From Tubiluchus corallicola (Eukaryota > Animalia > Priapulida): a stretch of 64,000 nucleotides of DNA. Position 1 is the first letter of the stretch; every line of letters starts with the position of its first letter. The translations under genes were made by a program, and so were the position numbers. This document shows, in pieces, positions 11,768 through 24,500 of the stretch. The stretch spans positions 1 through 64,000 of the forward strand of contig JAQGDQ010000206.1 in assembly GCA_030141605.1 (NCBI GenBank). The letters are read 5' to 3'. The notes beneath the pieces are model-generated. The model was not told the DNA's origin and searched no databases. It saw only the letters and a list, made by a program, of their open reading frames with translations.

Positions 11768-11876
11768 TTTACGATAAATCGAGTATATACAAATACGTAA
11801 AAGCAATTTAAAATTTACCTACTTACATGTTTTTATAATGTTTTAACTTGAAAATTTGTTGTTTTATTTTTTCTAG

Positions 11877-11982
11877 AATGTGAAGATTTAGTGGTGAAAG
11901 CGCAGGTGTTGGCCGGCGGAAGAGGAAGAGGCCATTTTGCTGCGCCCAGCAGATTGAAGAGCGGAATTAAGATCGTATTTTC
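11877..11982 (+). CDS. SUCLA2: SUCLA2 exon ([20 protein letters not shown]...KIVFS)
   Basis: ttctag acceptor, gtaagt donor; ATP-grasp N-terminal motif. Confidence 0.92.
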
Positions 11983-12536
11983 GTAAGTGATTCTCTTGTG
12001 TTCAAACTTTGCCGTCTTCATTTGTCCGGAAACTTCCATGCTAAACGGGAAGAAAAGGGAATTTTACAGAGAGTTTCAGCAAGCTTTTCGTACAATTCTC
12101 TGTGTTGCTGTCTACTGTAGACATCACATCATTTTCATATCATTTTCTAACATATTTCTTTTTCTTTTTTCTCTTGCCCGTATTGTATTAAAAAGCAGTA
12201 ATTTCTTCAAACCATTTTAGACTGGATTATATAACATCCTTCATATTGTATAATGAAATATGATGATTATATAATGAAATATATAATGATTATATAATGC
12301 ATGTTACTTAGTATTACGCTTACCTGTTTGAAAGATTTATGTAACTAGAAAAGAAAATTGTTAGCCATTTAAAATATTCGTACTAGCGGTTAAGATATCA
12401 CTGTTTCACTATCCCAGTGTGCAACACCGCACCACGAAAGAACACCGCACCAAAGATTTTACCAAATTAGAATACTTATTTCACAATGCATAACAACCAT
12501 AAAATACATATTTATCATTTTTATATACATATATGC

Positions 12537-12574
<38 letters not shown>

Positions 12575-15500
12575 TTATATACATTAACATTATTTTATAT
12601 TATAAATCTTACTCACAAAATACCATAATTTAAACTTTTGTTTAGTTAATGAAGCGTGCGCTATAAATGCTCTGATTATTATTTCACACTTTACGCAAAG
12701 TTATTTAAAATTTTCAAACTACCTGCCATTAAAACAGCTGCACCTAACGGTCATCGCGAGAGTTAAAATATTAAAAAAAATTGTGTTTCATACAGTGTCG
12801 CTGCTAACACAAGCTTTGTGCGCAATAAGACAACATGTAAATCATGAAGTATTTCAAGACAAACCCTTTTTGCTTTATGTAAGTAAAGGATTTTCTTGTC
12901 GTGGAAAAGAAAGTTTCTGGCATATAGTGTTTCCTCACTTATCGCGGGTGTTCGTTAGTTTGTGATGTCATCAATAGTTGGGCTCGCCCGCCGTTATCAG
13001 AATTTAATTAATTCTAATTCTAATCCTATTATTTAATTATCAGAAACGCTCTTACGGTATTATTGGCATTAAAATGTATACATTTTAAAATTCTTGAGAA
13101 TGGTGTAGTATATGAAAAATCATCCTGTCTTCCTTTAAATTATGGTATATTTCAATAATTATCGTATAAACGGCAACATTGGATATCGTCCATCACTAGC
13201 TATCGCACTATTAAAAATGCAGATTAAACAACTTTTGAAAGAATTAGGGTGCTTCATTTAAAGTACATAATATGTAATATTAATATACAGCGTTCCCTCA
13301 CTTATCGCGGGTGTTCCGTTTCAGGTCCACCCGAGATAAGGGAATTTCCGCGAAGTAGGGAGGCTATACTTATTTTAGTAGTTATACATTGTTTTAAGTC
13401 TTTATAAACCCTCCCCACCGCAGATGAAAACTACGCACACGCGACAGTCGGATGCTAACGTGAAATGGAAGAGCTGAGAGGGGGTAGCTGCGCACAGCAA
13501 AAGAAAACAAATTGCACGGTACCTGAGCCAATCAGCGACTAGGATACAGAGCAGCATTCTCTGGTTGGTCACTTTCCATTAATCAACCAATCGTGTGTTG
13601 TGTACAATCTCACGTCGGCAAGTAGCATCTCAAGCGGGCGCAAGTACTACATTTCGTTTTTGGTGTGTATTCATCCGCCAAATAAATACACTGTTTACTG
13701 TAAATGATAATTTTTTTATGATTTATAATATTTTTTAATGTTAGAATTAATATTTTTAATATATTTTTATACATTTTGTGATTTTTTTATGCAAAATTGA
13801 TCAAATCTATACATTACTGTACAATACGTACTACGCATGAGCAAAAATGCTTTAGACGGAGTACCGCAAAAACCCGCGAAACAGCGAAAATACCGCGATA
13901 AATATTTTACATTAATATTTTTGAAAACCCGCGAAACAGCGAGTCCGCGATAAACGAACCGCAAAGTAGCGAAGGAACACTGTACACTTTAGAATTACCA
14001 TTAAGTCAAAATCATGTTGCAGCAACTTGAGTTCATTATTAATGAACTCATTAACAGTTTCATCATCATCACCGTCATCACCATCAGCATCATCATTTGT
14101 GTGCTTGCAAACCAAAACCGTCCATAAGTCGCCATAGCTAAACTACGCTACGATGCTTCAAAGTAGATGGCACCAAAAATTTGGTCAAATGTCAATATTT
14201 TGTATTTTACAAAAACCAACGCGAAATATATTGGACTTTTATATTCCATCATCAAATTATCAAGAAGCTAGAAAACACTAAAAATTTAATTTTACAACTG
14301 TTTATCCACTTTTCTGACAAAAGACTAGTACTACAATTGTAAAAAACTTGCATTTTCAAACTCACTTTCAAACATTTTCAATAGTAGCTTGCTTCGGGTT
14401 TTTTCTGATGCCAAGCCCAGATCTTTGTCAGGAAGTGCCATCTACTGGATTTATAGATAACATCAATGTGTTCTTGCAAAGTCCATAGCAACCAACATTT
14501 CTGTGGTTGCTAAGTTTTTTTTGGAGATGCCGGGTTTTTTCTCAAGGTTATGTTTTTCAGTGCATAGCCTGCACCTCAACTTCAACGCAGATTATCTCAG
14601 CTTAGATGTAGCATAGAACGATAAGCTTGGTATAAAATGATCCTCATGAAATGGAGATTCGGGTTATGTTATGGGCAAATTACCCAATTACCCATATAAT
14701 TTTGTTTTTTATTTTTCCCGCATGAGGGAGCCAAAAACTAAAGGGGACAAGTGGGCAATTGCTGACAGACTTGACTTGTTATTGCAGAGACTAATTTGTA
14801 ATATGGATAATGCAATTTTTATATGAGAAATTTAATGTCATGTTTCAACCATAAACAGTGTGCTCTTTTTAGCCGGATGAAGTAAGTGATTTTTGTAAAT
14901 CTAAGTATATTTATTAGATAGCAATTTTCTGTGTAATTTTTTTGTTCAAATTTCTGTATTTTTTGTTCAAATTGCATTACTGCAAATTTTATGTATTCTT
15001 TTGTTTTTCTCCTTTAGAAAATAAAGACTGCAGTAAACACCTTATGAAAGGAACTGTCGTGTTTTGCTAATCTAGAAAAGCTTAATTGCCGACTTATGGA
15101 CGATTTTGCTATGCAAACACACGTTTTATCCTGTTATCATTAATTATCATTATTGTTGTTACTATTCATAATCGCAATTGCTTAAATGATGTTGCAAAAA
15201 ATTACTACGAAAAATACCTGCTGTACATTACTCAAAATTTATTCTTTTATGAAGCCCGGACGAAGCCCGGGAGATTGCATCACAGATGATTGGTTACAAG
15301 CTGATCACGAAGCAGACAGGAGAACAGGGCCGCATCTGTAAACAGGTGATGGTGTGCGAGAGGCGGTACACGAGGCGGGAGTACTATTTCGCCATTACGA
15401 TGGAGCGGAAATATGTGGTACGTTGCTATACTTTCAGTGTGTAGTATGTCTGCGAGAAATACGCTGTTATCGACTCGGCATCGTTCTCATTAAATCTGTC

Positions 15501-18500
15501 GTTCTGTGTTATTTGTTTGTGTGTTGCATACACTTCTGTTGTTCTGTGTTATTTGTTTGTGTGTCGCATACTTGTTATTGTTTTGGTTTCTGTTATATAC
15601 AGGGTGGGCACAAAAAGTAAACCCACTTCTGTCATTCTGTGTTATTTGTTTGTGTGTCGCATACTTGTTATTGTTTTGGTTTCTTTTATATACAGGGCGG
15701 GCACAAAAAGTAAACCCACTTCTGTCGTTCTTTGTTATTTGTTTGTGTGTCACATACTTGTTATTGTTTTGGTTTCTTTTATATACAGGGCGGGCACAAA
15801 AAGTAAACCCACTTCTGTCATTCTGTGTTATTTGTTTGTGTGTCGCATACTTGTTATTGTTTTGGTTTCTTTTACATACAGGGTGGGTACAAAAAGTAAA
15901 CCCACTTCTGTTGTTCTGTGTTGTTATTGTTTTGGTTTCTTTTACATACAGGGTGGGTACAAAAAGTAAACCCACTTCAAAATGGCATAAAGTCTGGAAT
16001 TTCTAGTGACTTTAGTTAATTTGATTATAACTATGAATGCTAGTATGTTCGTAAACCATTGAGCTGAAGAAAGGAGTATTAATTCCAGGTCTCCGGTTCA
16101 AATTCCGGCTGGTTCACAATTTTTCAGCATCTCCTTTTTTCATTACTCAATTCGCGTAGTGAGTTGGAGAAAGAAAAGAGATCTTCAAATTTTGCATTTT
16201 TCCTTTTGAAAACTTGGTATTATTCGTAATACATGCATCTATTTTTGCGCAAAAAAGTTTTAAAATTTCAGATAAATTTGAAAAATTTTAAAAGTGTTTG
16301 CTATTTTGTGTCCACCCTGTATACGATCCTTCATTGTTTGGCATCTATCGTGCATTTTAAAACTATGACTAAAGCCTTCTTTTTTATCTTTGGCTGAAAT
16401 TGTTTTCAGAAGATTGCGAAACTTGTTCAAGTTCATTTTTACACGTGCATGTAATTGGTAACGGCTAAACGGCTACGGCTAATCGACTGCCTGGCTGAAC
16501 TAGCAGCTGGCTGAAAACTTTTTCGGCAACAACAAGTGCATGCTTACATACTTCTTGGTTTTCTCAAGTTTATTTCAATGCCGCTAATGGCTCTCTGTTA
16601 ATTGCATTAATTGTGCATATGAAAAGGAAGATATCTGGAACTTTGATTACATCTCTGCTTGGCTGCGCAGTATTTTTGCATAAAGTTTGAGCAGTATTTT
16701 TACCTCGGGGATTGCACTTAAAAAATAAAATAAGAATAGTTATTTCACACTGCATAACAACCATAAAATACATATTTATCATTTTATATACATATATGCA
16801 TTATATACATTAACATTATTTTATTAGAAACCAACACATTCGTATAATAATTCAATTTTCTATCGTCGTAAATGGCAAATCTGATAATTTTTAATTACCT
16901 GGTACATGCACATTAATTAATTAATTATATTAGTAACAATCCTGAGAGGGTGGCTGACCTCGATAAGTTATAGTTCTTTCGCCATATTAGTAAAAATTCT
17001 GAGAGGGTGGCTAACCTCGATAACTCATAGTTCTTTCGCCACCCTTTCACCACTAATCAATAATTACTTTTGCGCTTTGTAATATTATTGTATGTTGTAC
17101 AGAATTATAAATCACTTAGTTGTGTATATTGCTATTTTAAAAATGGTGGTAAACTAATAAACTTGCTTACTTACATATGCAAAAATGGTGTCACTTTAAA
17201 TAAAACTTAGATCACATTGTGAGGAGGAAGAATGAGTAATCTGTCTAGTCTCCCGCAGAGCAATTATTATACAGTAATTTATGTAACTTAAAGAATTACA
17301 CAGACTAAATTTGAGCTAGTATTTTATACTAAACACGAACAATTGTTTCAAGAAATAACAAGTATCATTTAATTTATGCTCGAGCAAATATGGCATGTAA
17401 TATTTAGAAAGAGCAACACTTGGTCTTTTCACATATCTCTTTGCCTCTGTTCTTAATGATTATTTTCCACATCCCGAAACCAAACATCTGATTCTCTTTC
17501 ACTTTTTTCATCTTTCTGTTGCACTCTCTTAATGTTTGGAACTTTTGTGTTTTAGTTGTTACATTATTGATTTTTGAGTAACTTGCATTTCTTTCTCTCA
17601 TTTTGCATGCGGTGTGTGACTCGCGGGAAACTTCCGGATTTAGAACGGGCAAGAGATAAGTATTTCCCACTTTGTCGTCTGCGGTGGCGTGCAGTGACTT
17701 AGCGAAACAACGCATGCAATAACAACTAGGGGAACACGGGGGAGCGCTGTACGCTTCTAAGTCGGTGTACGATGCGTTTTCCGTGCTTTAGAGATCGTTT
17801 TAGTAACTAAAAATCTAAAAATTCCTACTGTTTCGTATTCTAAAGTTAAATAATTGATCTAGAAATTCCTACTGTTTCGTATTCTAATGTTAAATAATTG
17901 ATCTAGAAATTCCTACTGTTTCGTATTCTAAAGTTAAATAATTGGTCTAGAAATTCCTACTGTTTCGTATTCTTAAGTTAAATAATTGATCCTGAAATTC
18001 CTACTGTTTCGTATTCTAAAGTTAAATAATTGATCTAGAAATTCCTACTGTTTCGTATTCTAAAGTTACATAATTGATCTAGAAATTCCTACTGTTTCGT
18101 ATTCTAAAGTTAAATAATTGATCTAGAAATTCCAACTGTTTCGTATTCTAAAGTTAAATAATTGATCTAGAAATTCCTACTGTTTCGTATTCTAATGTTA
18201 CATAATTGATCTAGAAATTCCTACTGTTTCGTATTCTAAAGTTAAATAATTGATCTAGAAATTCCTACTGTTTCGTATTCTAAAGTTAAATAATTGATCT
18301 AGAAATTCCTACTGTTTCGTATTCTAAAGTTAAATAATTGATCTAGAAATTCCCACTGTTTCGTATTCTAAAGTTAAATAATTGATCTAGAAATTCCTAC
18401 TGTTTCATATTCTAAAGTTAAATAATTGATCTAGAAATTCCTACTGTTTCGTATTCTAAAGTTAAATAATTGATCTAGAAATTCCTACTGTTTCGTATTC

Positions 18501-21500
18501 TAAAGTTAAATAATTGATCTAGAAATTCCTACTGTTTCGTATTCTAAAGTTACATAATTGATCTAGAAATTCCCACTGTTTCATATTCTAAAGTTAAATA
18601 ATTGATCTAGAAATTCCTACTGTTTCGTATTCTAAAGTTAAATAATTGATCTAGAAATTCCTACTGTTTCGTATTCTAAAGTTAAATAATTGATCTAGAA
18701 ATTCCTACTGTTTCGTATTCTAAAGTTAAATAATTGATCCTGAAATTCCTACTGTTTCATATTCTAAAGTTAAATAATTGATCTAGAAATTCCCACTGTT
18801 TCGTATTCTAAAGTTAAATAATTGATCTAGAAATTCCCACTGTTTCGTATTCTAAAGTTAAATAATTGATCTAGAAATTCCTACTGTTTCGTATTCTAAA
18901 GTTAAATAATTGATCTAGAAATTCCTACTGTTTCGTATTCTAAAGTTAAATAATTGATCTAGAAATTCCTACTGTTTCGTATTCTAAAGTTAAATAATTG
19001 ATCTAGAAATTCCCACTGTTTCGTATTCTAAAGTTAAATAATTGATCTAGAAATTCCTACTGTTTCGTATTCTAAAGTTAAATAATTGATCTAGAAATTC
19101 CTACTGTTTCGTATTCTAAAGTTAAATAATTGATCTAGAAATTCCCACTGTTTCGTATTCTAAAGTTAAATAATTGATCTAGAAATTCCTACTGTTTCGT
19201 ATTCTAATGTTAAATAATTGATCTAGAAATTCCTACTGTTTCGTATTCTAAAGTTAAATAATTGATCTAGAAATTCCTACTGTTTCGTATTCTAATGTTA
19301 CATAATTGACCTAGAAATTCCTACTGTCTTGTATTCTAAAGTTAAATAATTGATCTAGAAATTCGTTCCCTGTATCGTATTCTACAGTTAAATAATTGAT
19401 CTATTTTCTAAATACAGTTTTTTTTTATTATGATGAGGGTTTTGCTCCCGTAATCCTGGAAGATAAACTTGTAACGCGGAACTTTTGTTGTACACCACAA
19501 AAGCTAATAATAAACCTTTGATATGTGGAATTCATTATAATTAAATATCCACTAATAAAGTCTAATTAAATTTTTAAATTATTAATACAGTTCAGTACTG
19601 AATAATCTATTAATGCACTTTCTAAGTTGCACGTTCGGAAAAATTTAGACACTCGTTCCTCTTGTCTACTGTACTAATACGCAAGATTTCGATAAACGCA
19701 TATGAAATTTTATAATCCTTGTAAAAATTCGCATTAGATATTGTAAAATCAGCTTGGAAAGTCGAAAATTGCATGCGTTGGATGCGAGTGAGAGACTGCA
19801 CGCCACTGAATGTCTGTCTAGAAAGCTCCGTACGATCTCTACGCTTTGTCGTCTTTGTCTTATCCATTTCGCTAGTTTCGTTTGCCGGAGATGGTCGTGG
19901 ATAAGTGTCGCCCCCTTTTAACATTTTCACTTTCAGGTCGTGGGCTTGTGATATGCTGATGGTTTACTGCTTGGTATTGCTGTGCTCTGATTTAATATTT
20001 AATTATTTAATGTTAATGTTAATAATTATTTAATTATTAATGTTTAATTAGGCTGCATTCACAATTTAATTCAGCTAGGCTTCTTTAATTTTTGCATTAG
20101 CGCTTTAAAAAACTGTTGTCTAACATGCTTCTACTGGGCATTTTTTAAAGGAAAGACCAAGTCTTCTGGCAAGTTAGGTTTATTTCCATGTTAAAAAATT
20201 GTTAGAGGGATTTAGTAATAAAAGTTTGATGAACGTGCCTCGTGTTATTAGTAAAATTATTTTAAAGTTGCGATCATTTCATGCTTAATGCTAGGTGCTC
20301 CCATTTTGGTGCCTATTCTTCCACCAGTGACGTCATTTTTTGGCTGAGCAAGAGCAGCGCACTGTCAATTTTCATCAAAAGTATAATGTGCTTTTACAAA
20401 AAGATAAAAACGTTACGATGTTTTTGCATTAACATTAGGCAAACCGCGGAAGTTTGAATTGGCTTAAGCAGTGTGCGCTTATGGAAATATGTGATGTGCT
20501 TAGGGAATGCCACTAAGTCATAATTTTCAAGTGAGCGGCAGCTGCCCTTGCGCCTAAAAATTTCTATACGGCGGCAGTACAAATTAACTTTGCACATTAT
20601 AGACTGCTTTGTTAGATTTTTCTAAGTTTAAGTGCTAACAGTAAAGTAAACCCAACATGCTAAATGACTTGTCTTTTCCTTTAATCTTACAGTTCTGCTG
20701 CAGTTTAGCTTTTTACTTTCTAACTTGCATAAATTAAACTACATTAATTCGGCCTTTTTATTCTCACCTGCGTGTAGGTGCTTTATTATCTGTGCTTTGC
20801 TTTTACAAAATTCGATTTTTTTAACTCAAACTCAGACGGTGTAATTTGTATTGATGTATGATTTACAGATATCTATAAATCAGATAAATTTGTTTATTAT
20901 CATGCCAAAAGCATCTTATATAAAGTTTATTAATGTTTAACTTGTCAAGTACTGAAATATTAATAATAAATTTTTTTTCAAAATTCTCCAAATATAATAG
21001 GAAGAATGATAGCAATTGTGATTTCGTCAAAGTTTCATTTCTTTTGGAAAACAGATTAAAATTTATGACTGCTTCATTTTTGCTAATCCCAGTTACGCCA
21101 AGAAATCATAGCATTTTCATTTTTTCATTTAATGTGGATTCTGTATACTGTTGACTATGCTAGTTGCTTATGTATCGTATTTTTTAATTTGAGGGTCCGG
21201 TGTTGGTCGGCAGCACCACCGGCGGGGTGAACATAGAGGAAATAGCTAAGGAGAACCCGGATGCGATCATCACGCTTCCGATCGACTTCATGAAAGGTCT
21301 TCAGATGGAGGACGCTCTAAGTTTTGCGGAAAAGATGGGCTTCGGGCACAACCAACAGCAAAAGGTAAGTTTTGAATTTTTGTAGTAAAAACTTTAAATT
21401 TTGGTAATAAATGTTAAATTTTGATTAGTAAACATTGAATTTCAGTAGTAAACTTTAATTTTTGGTTAGTAAGCTCTGCATTTTGCTTAGTAAACTTTAA

Positions 21501-24500
21501 ATTTTGGTTAGTAAGCTCTGCATTTTGCTTAGTAAACTTTAAATTTTGGTTAGTAAGCTTTGTATTTTCCTTAGTAAACTTTAACTTTTGGTAATAAATG
21601 TTAAATTTTGATTAGCAAACTTTGAATTTCGGTAGTAAACTTTAAATTTCGCTTAGTAAGCATTGCATTTTGCTTAGTAAACTTTAAATTTTGGTAATAA
21701 ATGTTAAATTTTTATTAGTAAACATTGAATTTCAGTAGTAAACTTTAATTTTTGGTTAGTAAGCATTGCATTTTGCTTAGTAAACTTTAAATTTTGGTAA
21801 TAAATGTTAAATTTTGATTAGTAAACTTTGAATTTTAGTAGTAAACTCTAAATTTTGATTAGTAAACTTTGAATTTCAGTAGTAAACTTTAAATTTTGGT
21901 TAGTAAGCTTTGCATTTTGCTTAGTAAACTTTAAATTTTGGTAATAAATGTTAAATTTTGATTAGTAAACTTTGAATTTCAGTAGTAAACTCTAAATTTT
22001 GATTAGTAAACTTTGAATTTCAGTAGTAAACTTTAAATTTTGGTTAGTAAGCATTGCATTTTGCTTAGTAAACTTTAAATTTTGGTAATAAATGTTAAAT
22101 TTTGATTAGCAAACTTTGATTAGTCACATACATCTCGCATCACTGAAGGAGTTTCTTACATACCGTTTGCACTGAATGTGTAGCAATAATCCATAAAAAT
22201 ATGGGTAAAAGTACAGGCCTAGATACACCCTCTAGATATGACTCAACTTCGGCTATAAGGGATGGTTTTTCCCGGTCCGGAGGTGTCCCTTATATCCGAG
22301 GTTGACTGTATTACAATAGCGTTGGCTGCGAGCCACACAAACTGCATTGTCTGGTTCACTTAACCTATGACCTTTTCACTTACTTATTCAATTGGTAAGT
22401 TTTGAATTTCATTTTACATGAAATATTTATTTATCCAGGCCGCTGAACAGTTTATGAAGCTGTATGAGCTATTCATGAAGTACGACGCGACGATGATCGA
22501 GATAAACCCGATGGCAGAGGACGTCACGGGAGAAAGTGAGACAGAATATTTTCAATGCGAATAAGTTAATTAAGTGTTAATAAATGTCATGATTACGTTA
22601 GATTTCAACAAGTTTATTCAGAGACGATCGTTTCGGCTACTGTAGCCATTATCAAACTATAAATCAAGTTAAAGAGAAGAAGAAATAATACATTAATGAT
22701 ACAAAAGCAGAAACTGAAACTGCAAACAACAGATTAGAATTTAATTTATCAACTTATGAAGCCACTCAGTTTTTAATACGCAGCTGTCATCTGCGGTGCT
22801 TTGTCCCACTTTATCTGCTTCCGTGTTTCGAAATTTGTTTGACTACATTCCACGGGGTCTGTAGTGGTCCTGGTGGATTTAATCTCTTGTCACTTTCACT
22901 TTGACATGCTGCTGGTTTCCCATATTGTAGTTCGCACGTGTTGTAAATTATGCAAAATGTAGATGTTGTGTTTTATTCTTATAACGCTTACTGCTGTGGT
23001 TGTTCATTATTTAGACCTGACTAGCTCTTTTCCTGTTGTGTTCTTTTTTGGTTCTCATGTGTTAGGTAAAAATTTTGTATGTTTCTTTGCAATTTATTCT
23101 GTTACAATCAGTTTATTTTGATAAGTTAAATTCTATTTTTCTTTGTGCCTTTATATCATTAATTGTTTTTTTTTATTCTTCTTTTTGGCTTGATTTATAG
23201 CAGGATAATGGCTTCAATCTGAAACGATCGTCGCTCAATAAACATGGCTGGCCCTTTTGTTTACATTGGATTTTATTGTATGTCTGTAAAGGCATTGTAT
23301 AGAATCAGATTGAAAAACTTTTCGAATCGAATCGAGTTTGATTGGAATAAGAATTCCCATTCCTTGTAATCGCAATCCCGGTGGATGTATTCGGAATCTG
23401 GATCTGGGTGGATGTATTCGGAATCTGGATCTGGGTGGATGTAATCGGAATCTGGATCTGGGTGGATGTAATCGGAATCTGGGTCTGGGTGGATGTAATC
23501 GGAATCTGGATCTGGGTGGATGTAATCGGAATCTGGGTCTGGGTGGAGGCTGTTACACCTCCTAGTTTTTAAACTGATATTTTTGAGTATCGATTTTGAT
23601 GACTTTTAGCTTAGAGTCAGTGGCGCTTTGAAATGTATTTTTTGGTGATTGTTTAGCCGTCAAACGAGTTAATTTTTTGAGCAAATGGAAGTGAAAACTA
23701 CAAATTACGTCGCACATTTTTTATGCCTTAGTATAAAAACAGTTTCATACCCTGGTGTTGTTACAATCTTTAGTGTATTGTGGTGTTATGCTAACCTTTA
23801 TGCTGTAATGTGTAAATATTCAATCTTTATAATTGCAAAAATAATCTGAATCTGATTCTAAATTCTAAATTATTTCTTCAGTCTTATGCATGGATGCCAA
23901 GTTCAATTTTGACGACAATGCCAGCTACCGGCAGCAGGACTTATTTAAGTTGAAAGACTGGAGTCAGGATGATCCGCGTGAAGTGGAGGCGGCTAAGCAT
24001 AATTTGAACTACATCCATCTAGACGGAACGATAGGATGCCTTGGTAAGCGACGTATAGTAAGTCGCTTAACGATGATAAAACATGAAATATCCAACACTC
24101 ACTGACAGACTTAATTTATGTAAATTCCTGCATTTAATTGCTTCTAAGATGAAACTGTAAGATATTAAAGTGCCAGTAATATTTTAGCCACATTCTTTTC
24201 AATTAGGAAAACAGCGGACGGCTGTACAGCAGACATAACCTCACACAAGCAGTTTTCTCAGCAATAACTACCCATTCATTTAGCAGGCTTAACTTATTAG
24301 GACAAATACATACTGTGACCGTGTGACAATTTAGCTACATTTACGCGTGTGCATGCCAGTACAGTTTCACTTCAGTCTGTGTAACAGTCGCTACAGTTAA
24401 CAGTTGATCATTGGGTGTTGTGGCTCAGAACTGTGCTCCAGCAAAACACGAATTTAAGCGAAACATCGTCAAACGAATCACGTCAGCCGTTAATCTGGAA

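Noticed and set aside
17818-19403. CRISPR-like array
   Set aside because: Contiguous identical units without unique spacers, in a eukaryotic intron; the same applies to the 50-, 69- and 97-bp arrays
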